Position numbers and translations under genes: made by a program. Positions 1 through 12,389 of a DNA stretch of 64,000 bases are shown piece after piece (position 1 is the stretch's first letter; every line of letters starts with the position of its first letter). The notes under the pieces are model-generated. The model was not told where the DNA came from and ran no database searches. It worked only from the letters and a program-made list of their open reading frames with translations. This DNA is from Octopus vulgaris (taxonomy: Eukaryota), in NCBI GenBank assembly GCA_951406725.2, contig OX597822.1, positions 55,738,001 to 55,802,000 of the forward strand, in the 5' to 3' direction.

Positions 1-1570
1 TTTTTACCAATTTTATACCAATTTTTGTGGAAGTTGTGTTCCAGTTGCGGCGTTCCGGGTTCAATTTAGGCCGGGAGTAGCCAGACGATTTTTTGCTGTG
101 TTATTGACTTTCTTTTGAACTTTATTTGACTTTCTCCTTTTTGTTTATTGTGACTTTCTGTTCATTTCTTTCCTTCTGTTGTGCTTTCTCCTTTTTTGTA
201 TCCTTCTCACCTCTTAAAAACCTATCGTGAACCTTATTTGGACTTTGAACTTTTTTCACATGGCAAAGAAAAATGAAGCCACTGCTTTGGAGTGGGAGGT
301 TGTCCCACCCAAGCAGTGGATTAAAGATCTTGAGAAGAGGACGGTGGTACTAAGAACCTATTCTAGGTCGCGTGGGGCCATCGCCCTCTCCGACAAGGAC
401 ATAATAGAAAAAGAGTTGGCAGACCACCTGTTTATTTCTCGGGGGACCAAATTTGCAACGGTGTGGTTGCTGTTTGGTACCCCCGAAGAAGCTAGCAGAT
501 TTGCTAGCGAGCCCCTTCAGGGAGAGGAAGTTTTGTTCCTCCCCTCGTATTGTGGAAGAAAAATAAAAAGAGCCTGGGTGTGCGGGCTGCCCCCGGGCAC
601 GGAGGCGGGATGGATCGAGGAGACCATCCAACGAGGCCTGGGAGATAGTGGGCCCAGGCTTTTGAGTGTAAAAATTACTCCCGCGGTCGACTGGGAGGGG
701 TCAAAGGCAATTTTGACCCTGTGGACCCCGGTGGCCGTGGGAGAGATGATATTCCCAGACTTCCTGAGAATGGCCGGGCACAGGTGCCCGGTGATACTCG
801 AGGGACGCCTCCCCCAAGTGTCACCTGTGCCTGGAGACCGGCCACATTAAGAAGAACTGCCCCAGGGACCAAAGTAGGATCCTGGAGCAGTTAATGGTGG
901 AATCTCTCCCTGCTTCCCCAATGGAGGGAGAGAAGCAGAAGAGTGACGAGGAGGTTGTTACATCCTCAAAACGTAAAAGAAAGGCGGGCAACAATGGTGA
1001 CCCACCGAAAGACCCGGGATCTGCGGGAGAAAAAGAGGACCCGTTGTGTACACCACAGGAACCTCACCCTCCAGCGGCCCAGGAAAAAAAGGAAAAAGAA
1101 ACGGGACGCCGCCGGTGAATTGTAACACGCGGACGGCGTCTCCCAAGCCTCCTCAGACGGGTGTGCCGCCGGAGGATAAATATGTGGTCCTCTTCCACAA
1201 AGGAGGAACCATTGAAAATGAGATAAGAAAAATGAAAAGGAGAGGCCAATGGGAGGGACTTCGGTCCTGCACAGAGGACCCTGAGTGGCCTTCGCAGGTG
1301 GCTGCGGAGGTCCTATGGGATAGCGATCTGTGAAGGATCGTGAATTCCTTCCCGGAGGACTCCTATAGATTTGTACCTGTGTGGTCTTGCCTGGAACCGG
1401 CTGAGTGCTTCAATAAAGCAAGAGAGCTGGTCGGCCGGTGATGTGAACTTTTTGTATATTTTGAAGGAACATTGTATTATATTGAAACCTGAACTTTCTG
1501 TATATTTTAAAAGAACATTGTAAGAGGTTTATTGCCTCATTATGATTTGTTGAAAAAAGAACATTATTTT
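1..1570 (+). mobile_element. Gag/ORF1-only retroelement copy 1 (L1/Tx1-ORF1- or ZCCHC3-like protein, frameshifted; no ORF2)
   Basis: Pyrimidine-rich leader, then ATG at 260 (MAKKNEATALEWEVV...KRTVVLRTY...RAWVCGLPP). A frameshift near 810 leads into CHLCLETGHIKKNC (CX2CX4HX4C, 819-860), which reads on into ORF 894-1118 (Lys/Pro-rich). A further frameshift continues to ~1405. The 3' end has a GAGG-N7-CCTC hairpin and an A-rich stretch. A paralog lies ~2 kb downstream. Confidence 0.65.
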
Positions 1571-1904
1571 TGAGAAGCGGAAGTCGGCGGGCGCTTTCGT
1601 CTTCTCCCATCATCATCTTCGTTCCATCGCCATCATTCATACCATTAATGTCTGTGTCCAGCCCGCAAAGCTACATCTGTGTAATGCCCCTGTGGCAAAT
1701 TAGATAAAATAAAGTAGCTTGCTTACGCGCATGCGTGTTTGTTAGTTGCTTATCGGATTGGACACTTTCAAGACGTGCATTGGTGGCCGTCTTAAATCGA
1801 AGAACTGTTGAAGAGGCGTGATTACAGGGTAGGCACTTGTTTTTTTTAAGGGACTTAGTGGGGAAGCTGTTGTATGACATTATTTTTCCTTTTTTCATAT
1901 AAGA

Positions 1905-3512
1905 AATCCTCACTTAGCGGTGAGAATTGTTTTGTTTTGGTGGGCGTGTGTCGCTACCAAAATTTGAAAAGTTTATAAAAATTCGACCCATTCGTGGAGG
2001 AATTTTTTTGCTGCTACGGTGAACTGGAGTACCTGTGTGAAGCAATATTCTGGAGGATTACTTGTGGATTATTTGCGGATTACCTATGGACCCGGATTAC
2101 CTAAGTGGTGGAATTGTGTTGCCGTGCTGGAACTGTCTTCCTTCGTTCTTCTTTCTGCTCTGTCTTTCTGTTCTTTCTTTGTGTTTCTTTGGACTTTTAT
2201 TTGAATATTTTGAACTTTTTTTGAACATTTTCCTGTGTCTTTTTGCAAAGTATGGTAAAAAAATAAAATCACTGTCTTGGAGTGGGAAATTGTGCCCCGC
2301 CCCCAAAAGTGGGTAAAGGACCTTAATGAGAGAACGGTGGTGTTGAGGACATATTCCAAGTCGCTCGACACCATCACTGTGTTCTCTCAACTAGCTATTG
2401 AGAAGGAGTTGGCAGAATACCTGTCAACTATCAAGTTTATTGCAAGGGGTGTCAAATATACAACAGTGTGGTTGCTATTTGATAACCCTGAGGAGGCTCG
2501 CATTTTTGCGAGCCAGCCCCTGGAAGAGAAGAAAATTTTTATTTCTGCCCACATATCGCGGGAGGAAATTGACAAGAGCTTGGGTGTGTGGGCTGCCACC
2601 CGGAACAGAGCCCGAGTAGGTAGAGGACACTATCCGCCGGGGTCTGGGTGGCAGCGGAGCCAAGCTCTTGAATGTTAAAATGATGCCTGCGGCTGATTGG
2701 GTGGGGTCAAAAGCAGTTTTGACCCTGTGGACCCAATCATGCGATAATATGGTGTTCCCAGATGTTTTTAGGGTATCCGGTGATTCTTGAGGGACTCCCC
2801 CACCAAGACTCATCAGTGCCTGAAGCCTGGCCACATTAAGAAGAAGCATCCCAGAGCAGGGTCCTTGAGCTGTTAGTTGTAGAAGAACCCCTCCTCCTCC
2901 GGAAAGAGAGATGAGGAGGAGAGAGTGACTTCCCTCGAAAAAAAGGGGAGAAAAAGGAAGAAGGGGAGCAACAATAGTTGCTCTCCGTAGGATACAGGGG
3001 TTGCGGAAGGAAGCGAGGTTCCTGCGGTATGACGAAGGAGCCAACCCCTCCCGCACCAAAGATAAAAAAGAAAAAGAGAAAAAAGAATGAGACGGTGCCG
3101 GAGGTATGCAGTGTACTGCCGGCATGTCCCGAAACCTCTTCGGTGGGAATCGTGCCATCTGCAGAGGAAGAGACACCGTTGGCGGGAATTGGCCTCCGCA
3201 GATAGCTGTGGAAGTCATAACGTTGCCCGTGATACGTAGGCTGGAAGGACTCAAAGAGGAATATCGCTTGTGGTCGGACTACGCCGACTCGGAGCCCGCC
3301 TTGGGTAATGGCGGAGTATACGAGCACAAGCGATGTTGGTGAGAAAAATTGACAAGAAGTTGAAAAGCCCCAGTGTTATAATGTTTAAGTGTGTAAGAGG
3401 CTCAGCACCTCAATTTGTAAATGGAATATTAAGTTCCCAAATTATAAAAACGGAAGTAAGAGGTTCAATACCTCGTTTTGCTTCTTGTGTAAAAAAGATG
3501 TTTTAATTTGTA
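1905..3512 (+). mobile_element. Gag/ORF1-only retroelement copy 2 (more decayed)
   Basis: ATG at 2252; EWEIVPRPQKWVKDLNERTVVLRTY and FLPTYRGRKLTRAWVCGLPPGTE align to copy 1. The knuckle is degenerate (HQCLKPGHIKKKH, ~2811-2850). The 3' GAGG...CCTC hairpin and A-run resemble copy 1. Confidence 0.6.
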
Positions 3513-3556
3513 AATGGCCGCAGTCAAATGACTGAAACAAGTAAAAGAAGAAAAGA
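3513..3556 (+). mobile_element. SINE 3' tail fragment
   Basis: ATGGCCGCAGTCAAATGACTGAAACAAGTAAAAG is identical to the tail of the full SINE at 38165-38610. Confidence 0.8.
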
Positions 3557-3682
3557 ATTAAATATACACCTTTGTTTTACCCTCAATTGAAAAAGTCGAA
3601 AAGACTAAAATTGGTACTAACCGTTACAAAATGTATTTCATGATAAAATTATTTTAGCATTTTCTACCTTATCCTATTTTCG

Positions 3683-4070
<388 letters not shown>

Positions 4071-4267
4071 ATTATTACATTATATAAAAGGGCTTAGTAA
4101 AATAAATTACTTCGCCGCATACTGAACTCATTAGAAATAGCAGCTAAAAAACTTTTTTAAAGCTATTTCTAATACTTAAAGAAAATCTCTCATATATAGC
4201 GTTTGCTTAATTCAACTCACAAAAGTTTGGGGGTAAGGACATTAAAAAATCAAATGCTAAGGTTATT

Positions 4268-4319
4268 TGAGTACGTACGTTTCAAGATTAGTCAAAGCAA
4301 CATTTCTCTCTTCAGCTCA
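4268..4319 (-). ncRNA. Type I minimal hammerhead ribozyme (array unit 1)
   Basis: Minus strand: UGAG-CUGAAGA-GAGA(17 nt)UCUU-GAAA-CGUACG-UA-CUCA. The core is intact, stem I is UGAG/CUCA, stem III is palindromic, and the cleavage triplet is GUA. Confidence 0.85.
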
Positions 4320-4813
4320 TAAATTCCTTGGTTTGGATTTGGAAACACTGAAAGTAAGAACTTACCCTTTCGAAGATCCGCTCTCAACTACCAGTGCCAA
4401 CGAATCCAAATAAGCAAGTGAATCATTTCTGCTCTCCCCTTTCCACCAGCGTGGGTTAAAATCATCAAACGCTATGCTTATTTCGGTAAAATCCGAAGCA
4501 TTAATTAGAGGGAGATTAATTATAATTTCAACAATTGAGGGTAAAATTAATTAATTATTAATCAATTTCACCAAGTGTTCAGTATGCAAAGGGACCATTT
4601 AAGGCGAATTCAAATTATTACATTATATAAAAGGGCTTAGTAAAATAAATTACTTCGCCGCATACTGAACTCATTAGAAATAGCAGCTAAAAAAACTTTT
4701 TTAAAGCTATTTCTAATACTTAAAGAAAATCTCTCTCATATATAGCGTTTGCTTAATTCAACTCACAAAAGTTTGGGGGTAAGGACATTAAAAAATCAAA
4801 TGCTAAGGTTATT

Positions 4814-4865
4814 TGAGTACGTACGTTTCAAGATTAGTCAAAGCAACATTTCTCTCTTCAGCTCA
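4814..4865 (-). ncRNA. Type I minimal hammerhead ribozyme (array unit 2)
   Basis: Identical to 4268-4319. Confidence 0.85.
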
Positions 4866-5358
4866 TAAATTCCTTGGTTTGGATTTGGAAACACTGAAAG
4901 TAAGAACTTACCCTTTCGAAGATCCGCTCTCAACTACCAGTGCCAACGAATCCAAATAAGCAAGTGAATCATTTCTGCTCTCCCCTTTCCACCAGCGTGG
5001 GTTAAAATCATCAAACGCTATGCTTATTTCGGTAAAATCCGAAGCATTAATTAGAGGGAGATTAATTATAATTTCAACAATTGAGGGTAAAATTAATTAA
5101 TTATTAATCAATTTCACCAAGTGTTCAGTATGCAAAGGGACCATTTAAGGCGAATTCAAATTATTACATTATATAAAAGGGCTTAGTAAAATAAATTACT
5201 TCGCCGCATACTGAACTCATTAGAAATAGCAGCTAAAAAACTTTTTTAAAGCTATTTCTAATACTTAAAGAAAATCTCTCTCATATATAGCGTTTGCTTA
5301 ATTCAACTCACAAAAGTTTGGGGGTAAGGACATTAAAAAATCAAATGCTAAGGTTATT

Positions 5359-5410
5359 TGAGTACGTACGTTTCAAGATTAGTCAAAGCAACATTTCTCT
5401 CTTCAGCTCA
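5359..5410 (-). ncRNA. Type I minimal hammerhead ribozyme (array unit 3)
   Basis: Identical to 4268-4319. Confidence 0.85.
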
Positions 5411-5764
5411 TAAATTCCTTGGTTTGGATTTGGAAACACTGAAAGTAAGAACTTACCCTTTCGAAGATCCGCTCTCAACTACCAGTGCCAACGAATCCAA
5501 ATAAGCAAGTGAATCATTTCTGCTCTCCCCTTTCCACCAGCGTGGGTTAAAATCATCAAACGCTATGCTTATTTCGGTAAAATCCGAAGCATTAATTAGA
5601 GGGAGATTAATTATAATTTCAACAATTGAGGGTAAAATTAATTAATTATTAATCAATTTCACCAAGTGTTCAGTATGCAAAGGGACCATTTAAGGCGAAT
5701 TCAAATTATTACATTATATAAAAGGGCTTAGTAAAATAAATTACTTCGCCGCATACTGAACTCA

Positions 5765-6036
5765 TTTTAATGTCCTTACCCCCAAACTTTTGTGAGTTGA
5801 ATTAAGCAAACGCTATATATGAGAGAGATTTTCTTTAAGTATTAGAAATAGCTTTAAAAAAGTTTTTTAGCTGCTATTTCTAATGAGTTCAGTATGCGGC
5901 GAAGTAATTTATTTTACTAAGCCCTTTTATATAATGTAATAATTTGAATTCGCCTTAAATGGTCCCTTTGCATACTGAACACTTGGTGAAATTGATTAAT
6001 AATTAATTAATTTTACCCTCAATTGTTGAAATTATA
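5765..6036 (+). repeat. Inverted partial copy of the 545-bp unit
   Basis: Reverse complement of the unit-junction segment (TATAATTTCAACAATTGAGGG...GGACATTAAAA); abuts (TA)n at ~6037. Confidence 0.9.
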
Positions 6037-6040
6037 CATA

Positions 6041-6148
<108 letters not shown>

Positions 6149-9005
6149 CCGCGCGGATCGTATCGGCAGGAGGAAGGGTGGAACTGCCATTTTCCTGCAT
6201 GATTCATTTACGGAAGATGGAAATAGTATATTCTCCAACGGCTACTGTGAATCAGTCACCGTGCACAACAAAGCCAATGACCTGACAGTAATTGGGCTCT
6301 ATAGGCCGCCCCAAACACCCATACTGTGCTTTAAAGAATGCCTCAACAGCATTAAGTGCTTTATTCAACAGTGCCATTCTAGCAACATACTCATGATGGG
6401 AGACTTCAATCTACCCTGTGTTGACTGGACTACAAACTGTTTGAAACCAAGCACTCCCGCCTCAACCGCTGACAAAGAAGCAGCAGAGTCACTTTTCGAC
6501 TTTACGAATGAGTTTTTCTTGTCCCAACTTGTCCTTGCACCAACAAGACATCAGAACATTTTGGACCTAGTGTTTAGTAACCAAACTAACACTATACATA
6601 ACGTTACAGTGGAAAAAACCCTTCTTTCAGACCATGACATGGTTCTCTGTAACATGAAATTCCACCAGCCGAAAGCTAATCCTAGTGACCTTCCTCCAGC
6701 CAACCCATTTGACAACATGGATCTCCATAATGCCAACTGGGATGCAATCAGGAACGAGCTATCACATGTTGACTGGTCCTTTACACATACACACATCTCC
6801 ACCAACCATAAAACATCTTGGCAGATCTTTGTAGACACCGTCACAGACATATGTGCAAAACACTCCCCACCAAGACCTGTGAACAAAAAGTGCAGAATCC
6901 CCCAAAACAGAAAAACCATTATCAGAAAAATAAAAAGAACAAACAAAAAAATTAACAAACTAAAGTACTGCCAACAGCAACACACACATTCGACGGCTAT
7001 CGCACTGCTTGAATCCAAAAAATATAACCTCCAACAATGCATGAAGACCCTCATCAATAACCAAAGATCAGCTGAGAAGAAGTGGGCCATTGAAAAAATC
7101 AAACTCAACCCCAAAGTGTTCTTTTCATTTGCGAGGAAACGCAGGGTCACTGTCTCCACTGTAGGCCCTCTAATTGACGAAACTGGCACTCTCCAAGATA
7201 ATGCCAAATCCATGGCCGAGATACTGCAGAAACAATACTGCTCTGTTTTCAGCAATCCTGATATGGCCGATCTGGGCTGTATCAGTGATGTCAACCCCCA
7301 ACACACTATATCGGACATAACGTTTAGTGCCCCTGATGTCTTAGCGGCGATAAATGAAATAAAACACAATTCAGCAGTAGGCTCCGATAGGTTCCCTGCT
7401 TGTGTCCTGAAGGTGTGTCGACACCAACTTGCATCTCCCCTTGCTAATCTGTGGAGAAACTCACTGGATGCTGGCTATATTCCAAAAACCTTCTGTCCCA
7501 GTCTGTTGTCCCAGTTTTCAAAAAGGGAAACAAGTCCCTTGCAGTGAATTACCGTCCGATCTCACTCACCTCTCATATCATCAAGGTATTTGAGAGGGTG
7601 GTGAGATCTCGAATAACCCAATTTCTGGAAAGCAACAGACGGCTGATCTCCAACCAACATGGGTTCCATAATGGAAGGGACTGCCTAACGCAGCTCCTGC
7701 ATCACTTTGATGACATTTTGAGAGCTTTGGGAGAGGGCTCCAACACCGATGTCATCTACCTTGATTTCAGTAAGGCCTTCGACAGGGTCGATCACAAGAT
7801 CCTATTGAAAAAACTATCTAACATTGGTGTCTCTGGAAAGTTACTGAAATGGATCAAGTGTTTCCTGACAGACAGATCTCAACATGTTGTAGTTGAAGGG
7901 GTAAAATCAAGCCCAGCCAAAGTCAGTAGTGGCGTTCCGCAAGGCACTGTGCTGGGCCCACTTCTTTTCATCATTTACATTAATGACATTAATGACATCA
8001 TCAAGCACAGCAACATAAAAATCTTTGCAGATGACTCCAAGCTACAGAACGTCATAAATGAGGCGAGTGACCGGACATGCCTTCAGTCAGATCTACTGGC
8101 TGTTATCCAATGGGCAGATAAAAACAATATGCTGCTGAACGAGGATAAATTTGAGCTAATCCACTTTGGAAAAGAGGATGCCCTGAAACTCCCATACTCC
8201 CTTCCTTCAGGTGAAACTCTCGCGGCGTCCAACAACATCAGAGACTTGGGAGTAATTGTAGACAACAACATAAGCTGGGCCACTCATATAAACACCAAAG
8301 TTGACATGGCCCGCAGAATGTGTTCCTGGATTCTCAGAACTTTCCAGTCGAGAGATATCCACACCATTATCCTTCTCTTCTCCACTTTTGCCCGACCCCA
8401 CTTTGAATACTGTTGTCCACTGTGGTCTCCCCACACAATACAAGGTATCATAAAAGTTGAAGCACCTCAAAGGGCAATCACAAAAAAGATAGATGGCATG
8501 ACAGGCCTCGACTATTGGGGTCGACTAGAAAAGCTAAAACTCTATTCTCTCCAACGTCGTCGTGAGCGCTACATCATCTGCATGATGTGGAAAATATTCC
8601 ATCAGCATTGCCCAAATGATGTTGGCATCACCTTTAAGGTACATCCAAGGCTTGGGCCCCGTGCCATCCGCCCAAAACAAAAATCGCACTCTCATCTCAT
8701 AACAACAATACGGCACAATTATTTCACCTCAATTGGCCCCGCTCTCTTTAACATTACACCAAAACCCATTAAAACAGAAACTGACCCTATAGGGTTCAAG
8801 AAGTCTTTGGACAGATTCCTTCAAGAAATCCCGGATAAACCCCCTACACCCGGATATGTCTCTGTAAACAATAACTCTCTACTTGAGTGGGCCATAGTGC
8901 CCAAATTCTGACTTGAAAGACTTCACCAGGTGGTGCTATTAAGTTAGACATGGCCTGGGCCAATAATGGCTGAAACCTATCAAAGTATCAAAGTATCAAA
9001 GTAAA

Positions 9006-9007
<2 letters not shown>
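6149..9007 (+). mobile_element. 5'-truncated APE+RT non-LTR retrotransposon, family A (Proto2/CR1-group-like)
   Basis: APE motifs (YRPP, MGDFNLP, LDL, SDH) and RT motifs ([26 protein letters not shown]), with C-terminal LQRRRERY...FKKSLDRFL. The 3' tail is (ATCAAAGT)n and both sides are (TA)n. Confidence 0.92.
6261..8911 (+). pseudogene. LINE ORF2 endonuclease/reverse transcriptase, one frameshift near 7490
   Basis: ORFs 6261-7547 and 7451-8911 overlap. The A-run has 5 A here versus 6 in the second copy, which is in frame at this site. Confidence 0.9.
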
Positions 9008-9055
<48 letters not shown>

Positions 9056-9057
9056 GG

Positions 9058-9357
9058 GTGTGTAGGTTCTACCTGAGAGGTGCCTGCTGGCATGGAGAGG
9101 AAGGTGCAGGCTGCCGTTTTGCACATCCGGGACCCTGCCGCAGAGACACGAAACAGGTCATAAACCAACTACCGAAAGGAAAAGGGATGGACCACGCACC
9201 ACCTGCCCCAAAACGGAGGTACGCAGACGTGGTGCGTGCCACAAACCGCCAACGTGTTGTTGAAAGGGCAGCTGCTGAACAAGAATCTTTTTTGTGCATG
9301 GTACAAAAGATTGTACAGCAGCTAACCTGGCTCCATCAAACTCAAGCTCGCAGATGA
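9058..9357 (+). CDS. ORF1 C-terminal remnant with CCCH-type zinc finger
   Basis: CRFYLRGACWHGEEGAGCRFAH (C-X7-C-X8-C-X3-H). Its stop overlaps the ORF2 ATG (ATGA, 9354-9357). Confidence 0.65.
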   Translation: MCRFYLRGACWHGEEGAGCRFAHPGPCRRDTKQVINQLPKGKGMDHAPPAPKRRYADVVRATNRQRVVERAAAEQESFLCMVQKIVQQLTWLHQTQARR

Positions 9358-12300
9358 GACTATCCACAGCTCACAAGACCACCACAGCAAATAGACCCAA
9401 GGTGGACACCACCGGCAACCGCATACACCTCACCTCGATGCTCCTACTGAACACCAGAGGACTACTAACACACAGTAACAGGACAAAAATCCCGTTCTTG
9501 AGAGACTTCGTTGCATGCAATCAAGCCTTATGCATAGCACTTACGGAAACACACCTGAAACCGGACATAGCGGATGCGGAATTACACATACCACAGTATG
9601 TTGTACTACGGACCGACAGAAAAGAAAGGAGTCATGGAAGAGTTGCTATGTACATCCGTGAGGACCTCACACCCCAGGTCCTTTTGTCATACTCAAACTC
9701 GGTGTGTGACACACTAATTGTACATGTAAGGCAACTTGGTGTAGTTGTGTGTGCTACATATCGCCCTCCAGATGTCCCAAGCCATATGGGCAAGTTTGAA
9801 GACTGCCTTATAAAAATAGAAGAAGTTCTAGTCACACTAGAACAACACATAAGTGTACTTCTCATGGGAGACTTCAATCTACCCAATGTCAGATGGCCCG
9901 AGGGCCTTTCTCTCCCAGGAATGACACGATGTGAACGAGGACAGGCGAGGTCCCTCCTGAACCTCATCAACACCCTGTACATGGAGCAAGTAATACTCCA
10001 ACCAACCAGGGCAGGTAACACACTGGATCTCTGCTTCACAAATAATATGGATCTCATCCATAATGTGAAAGTGACACCGACACTACTCTCGGATCACAAC
10101 ATGGTAGAGCTGACCATGTACGGGCCAAAAGAAAGCATGGACATGCAGCCTACAAGAAACTCTCAGAATCTTTCCAGCTTGAACTTCAATAAGGCAAACT
10201 GGAAACAAATTGAGAAAGAGATCCTCAAACAAAACCGGCCTGAATGTCTCTCCTCGCCAGACATCGACATGAAACTTCAACAATTCATGTCTGTAATGCA
10301 AGCCATATGCTACAAATGTGTCCCAGAGAGAAAGGCCACTATACACATGAACAAAATCCCCAGAGAGAGGAAAATTCTAATGAGACGGCGTACAAAAATC
10401 TCAAATCGCCTAAACAAACAAATTGAAAGCAGTGAAACGTCCCGCCTGAAAATGAAACTGTTAGAAATTGAAAAATGTCTGCAACTCTCCCATGAAAAGG
10501 AAAGAGCAGACAAAGAAGCCTGGGCTATAGACAACATAAAATCTAACCCCAGAGCTTTCTGCAGGTATGCCAAAGAAACAGCTACGGTGCACTGTAGGAT
10601 AGGTCCACTCCTTGAAAGGGATGGCACACTCACAGGAAATCCAATGAGGGTAAGTGAAATACTAAATGAGCAATTCAAGAGTGTTTTCACCCCACCCTTG
10701 GGCATTTCCAAATCAGCAATCCAACTGACTTCTTCACCACTGCAGATATGGGGTCAGAGGCGGCGATGATTGATTACATCAATATAAAGGAAGACAATGT
10801 AATAAAGGCTATAGATGAGATGAAAACAAACTCAGCTACTGGCCCCGATGGATTCCCGGCAATCCTTCTAAAAGTATGTAAGAGAGTCCTAGCAAGATCA
10901 CTGCAGTCTCTCTTTCAGAGCTTCCTTGCAACTGGAAAACTTCCAAGAAAACTGAAGGAAGGTAAAATATGCCCTATTCATAAAGGAGGTAGCAGAGCGG
11001 AGCCCAAGAACTACAGACCTATCTCTCTGACCTCACACATCAGCAAGGTCATGGAACGAATAGTCAGAAGGAAACTAATCACCTTCCTTGAAGAAACTGA
11101 CTTGCTGCCTGACACCCAACATGGTTTCCGACCAGGAAGAAGCTGCTTAACTCAGCTCCTACAACACTATGACTGGGTGCTGAAACGACTGCTCAACCAC
11201 TCAAATGTGGAAGTGATATATCTCGACTTTGCAAAGGCCTTTGATAAAGTCGATCATGGAATGATATGTCACAAACTGCGTGATCTTGGCATAATTGGAA
11301 AATTGGGAGAATGGCTTCATGACTTTCTGAAGAATAGAAGTCAGGTGGTAGTAGCCAATGGGGCCACTTCCATTAACACGCAAATAGTGAGCGGTGTTCC
11401 GCAGGGCACTGTTTTGGGACCACTACTGTTCATAATGGCCCTCTCAGACATGCCCTCAGCCATGCAGAGAGCCACGATCACAAGTTATGCAGATGATACA
11501 AAAGTTTCACAGGCAATACAGAACCCTAAAGACACTAAGCACCTGCAATGTGAGCTGGACAAAATATACAAGTGTGCTGAAAAGAATAGCATGCAGTTCA
11601 ATGCTGAAAAGTTTCAAGCTTTATGCTATCAGCATGCAAAACTGAATGCAATACCCAATGAATACACTGGACCCGGAGGGATTGCAATCCCAGAGGCACA
11701 ATCAGTGCGTGACCTGAGTATTCACATGAGTGATGACGCGACCTTTCATGTACATGCTGCTAAACTGGCAATGAAATGTAGACGGCTGGCCGGATGGATT
11801 CTTAGAACCTTTAGAACAAGAAACCATGATGGTCCTCTGGAAGACACTTGTCCTAAGCCACTTTGACTATTGCTCTCAGCTATGGTCACCATCCAGTGTC
11901 AAGTTGATCACAGAACTTGAGGCGATCCAACGAAGCTACACGAAGAAGATAGCCTCTGTGCAGCATATAAGCTACTGGGAAAGACTCAAGAGATTAAAGC
12001 TCTATTCCCTGGAGCGTAGGCGAGAAAGATATGCCATAATATATATCTGGATGATCCTGGAAAGACTTGTCCCAAACTTTGGCATCGAGAGTCATACAAA
12101 TGCCAGAACCGGGCGCCACTGCGTAGTACCAAGGACTCCAAATTTGTCATCAAGATGTAGGACAAGATACTGTGATAGCCTGGGCTTCAGAGGCCCACAG
12201 CTCTTCAATATCCTCCCGAAGAACCTGAGGGACCTGCATGGTGTAGATGCGGATATCTTTAAAGTAGGACTGGATCTCTTCTTGTCAGGTGTCCCGGATG

Positions 12301-12389
12301 AACCAACTTCACGGCAGGAGGTGCAGATGAGGGCAGCTGCATCGAACTCTCTCATGCACCAAATGGCAGTTGCTAAAAAGCATTCGTGA
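9354..12389 (+). pseudogene. LINE ORF2 endonuclease/reverse transcriptase with two frameshifts
   Basis: ORFs 9294-10769, 10748-11866 and 11826-12389 together give a full APE-RT-C-terminal protein. Confidence 0.9.

Larger units (their letters stand above)
4071..5766 (-). repeat. Tandem array of ~545-bp hammerhead-bearing units (3.1 copies), retrozyme/Penelope pLTR-like
   Basis: Units start at 4071, 4614, 5160 and 5705 (periods 543/546/545). They are near-identical apart from homopolymer/CT-run lengths, and each full unit carries a hammerhead on the minus strand. Confidence 0.9.

Noticed and set aside
4071-5766. CRISPR array or plain satellite
   Set aside because: The units are ~545 bp and identical with no spacers, and the context is eukaryotic. 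The ribozyme and inverted end argue against a simple satellite.
6551-7369. 272-aa hydrophobic minus-strand ORF (also 19382-19933, 9632-10057, 2475-3254)
   Set aside because: Antisense shadows of retroelement coding sequence.
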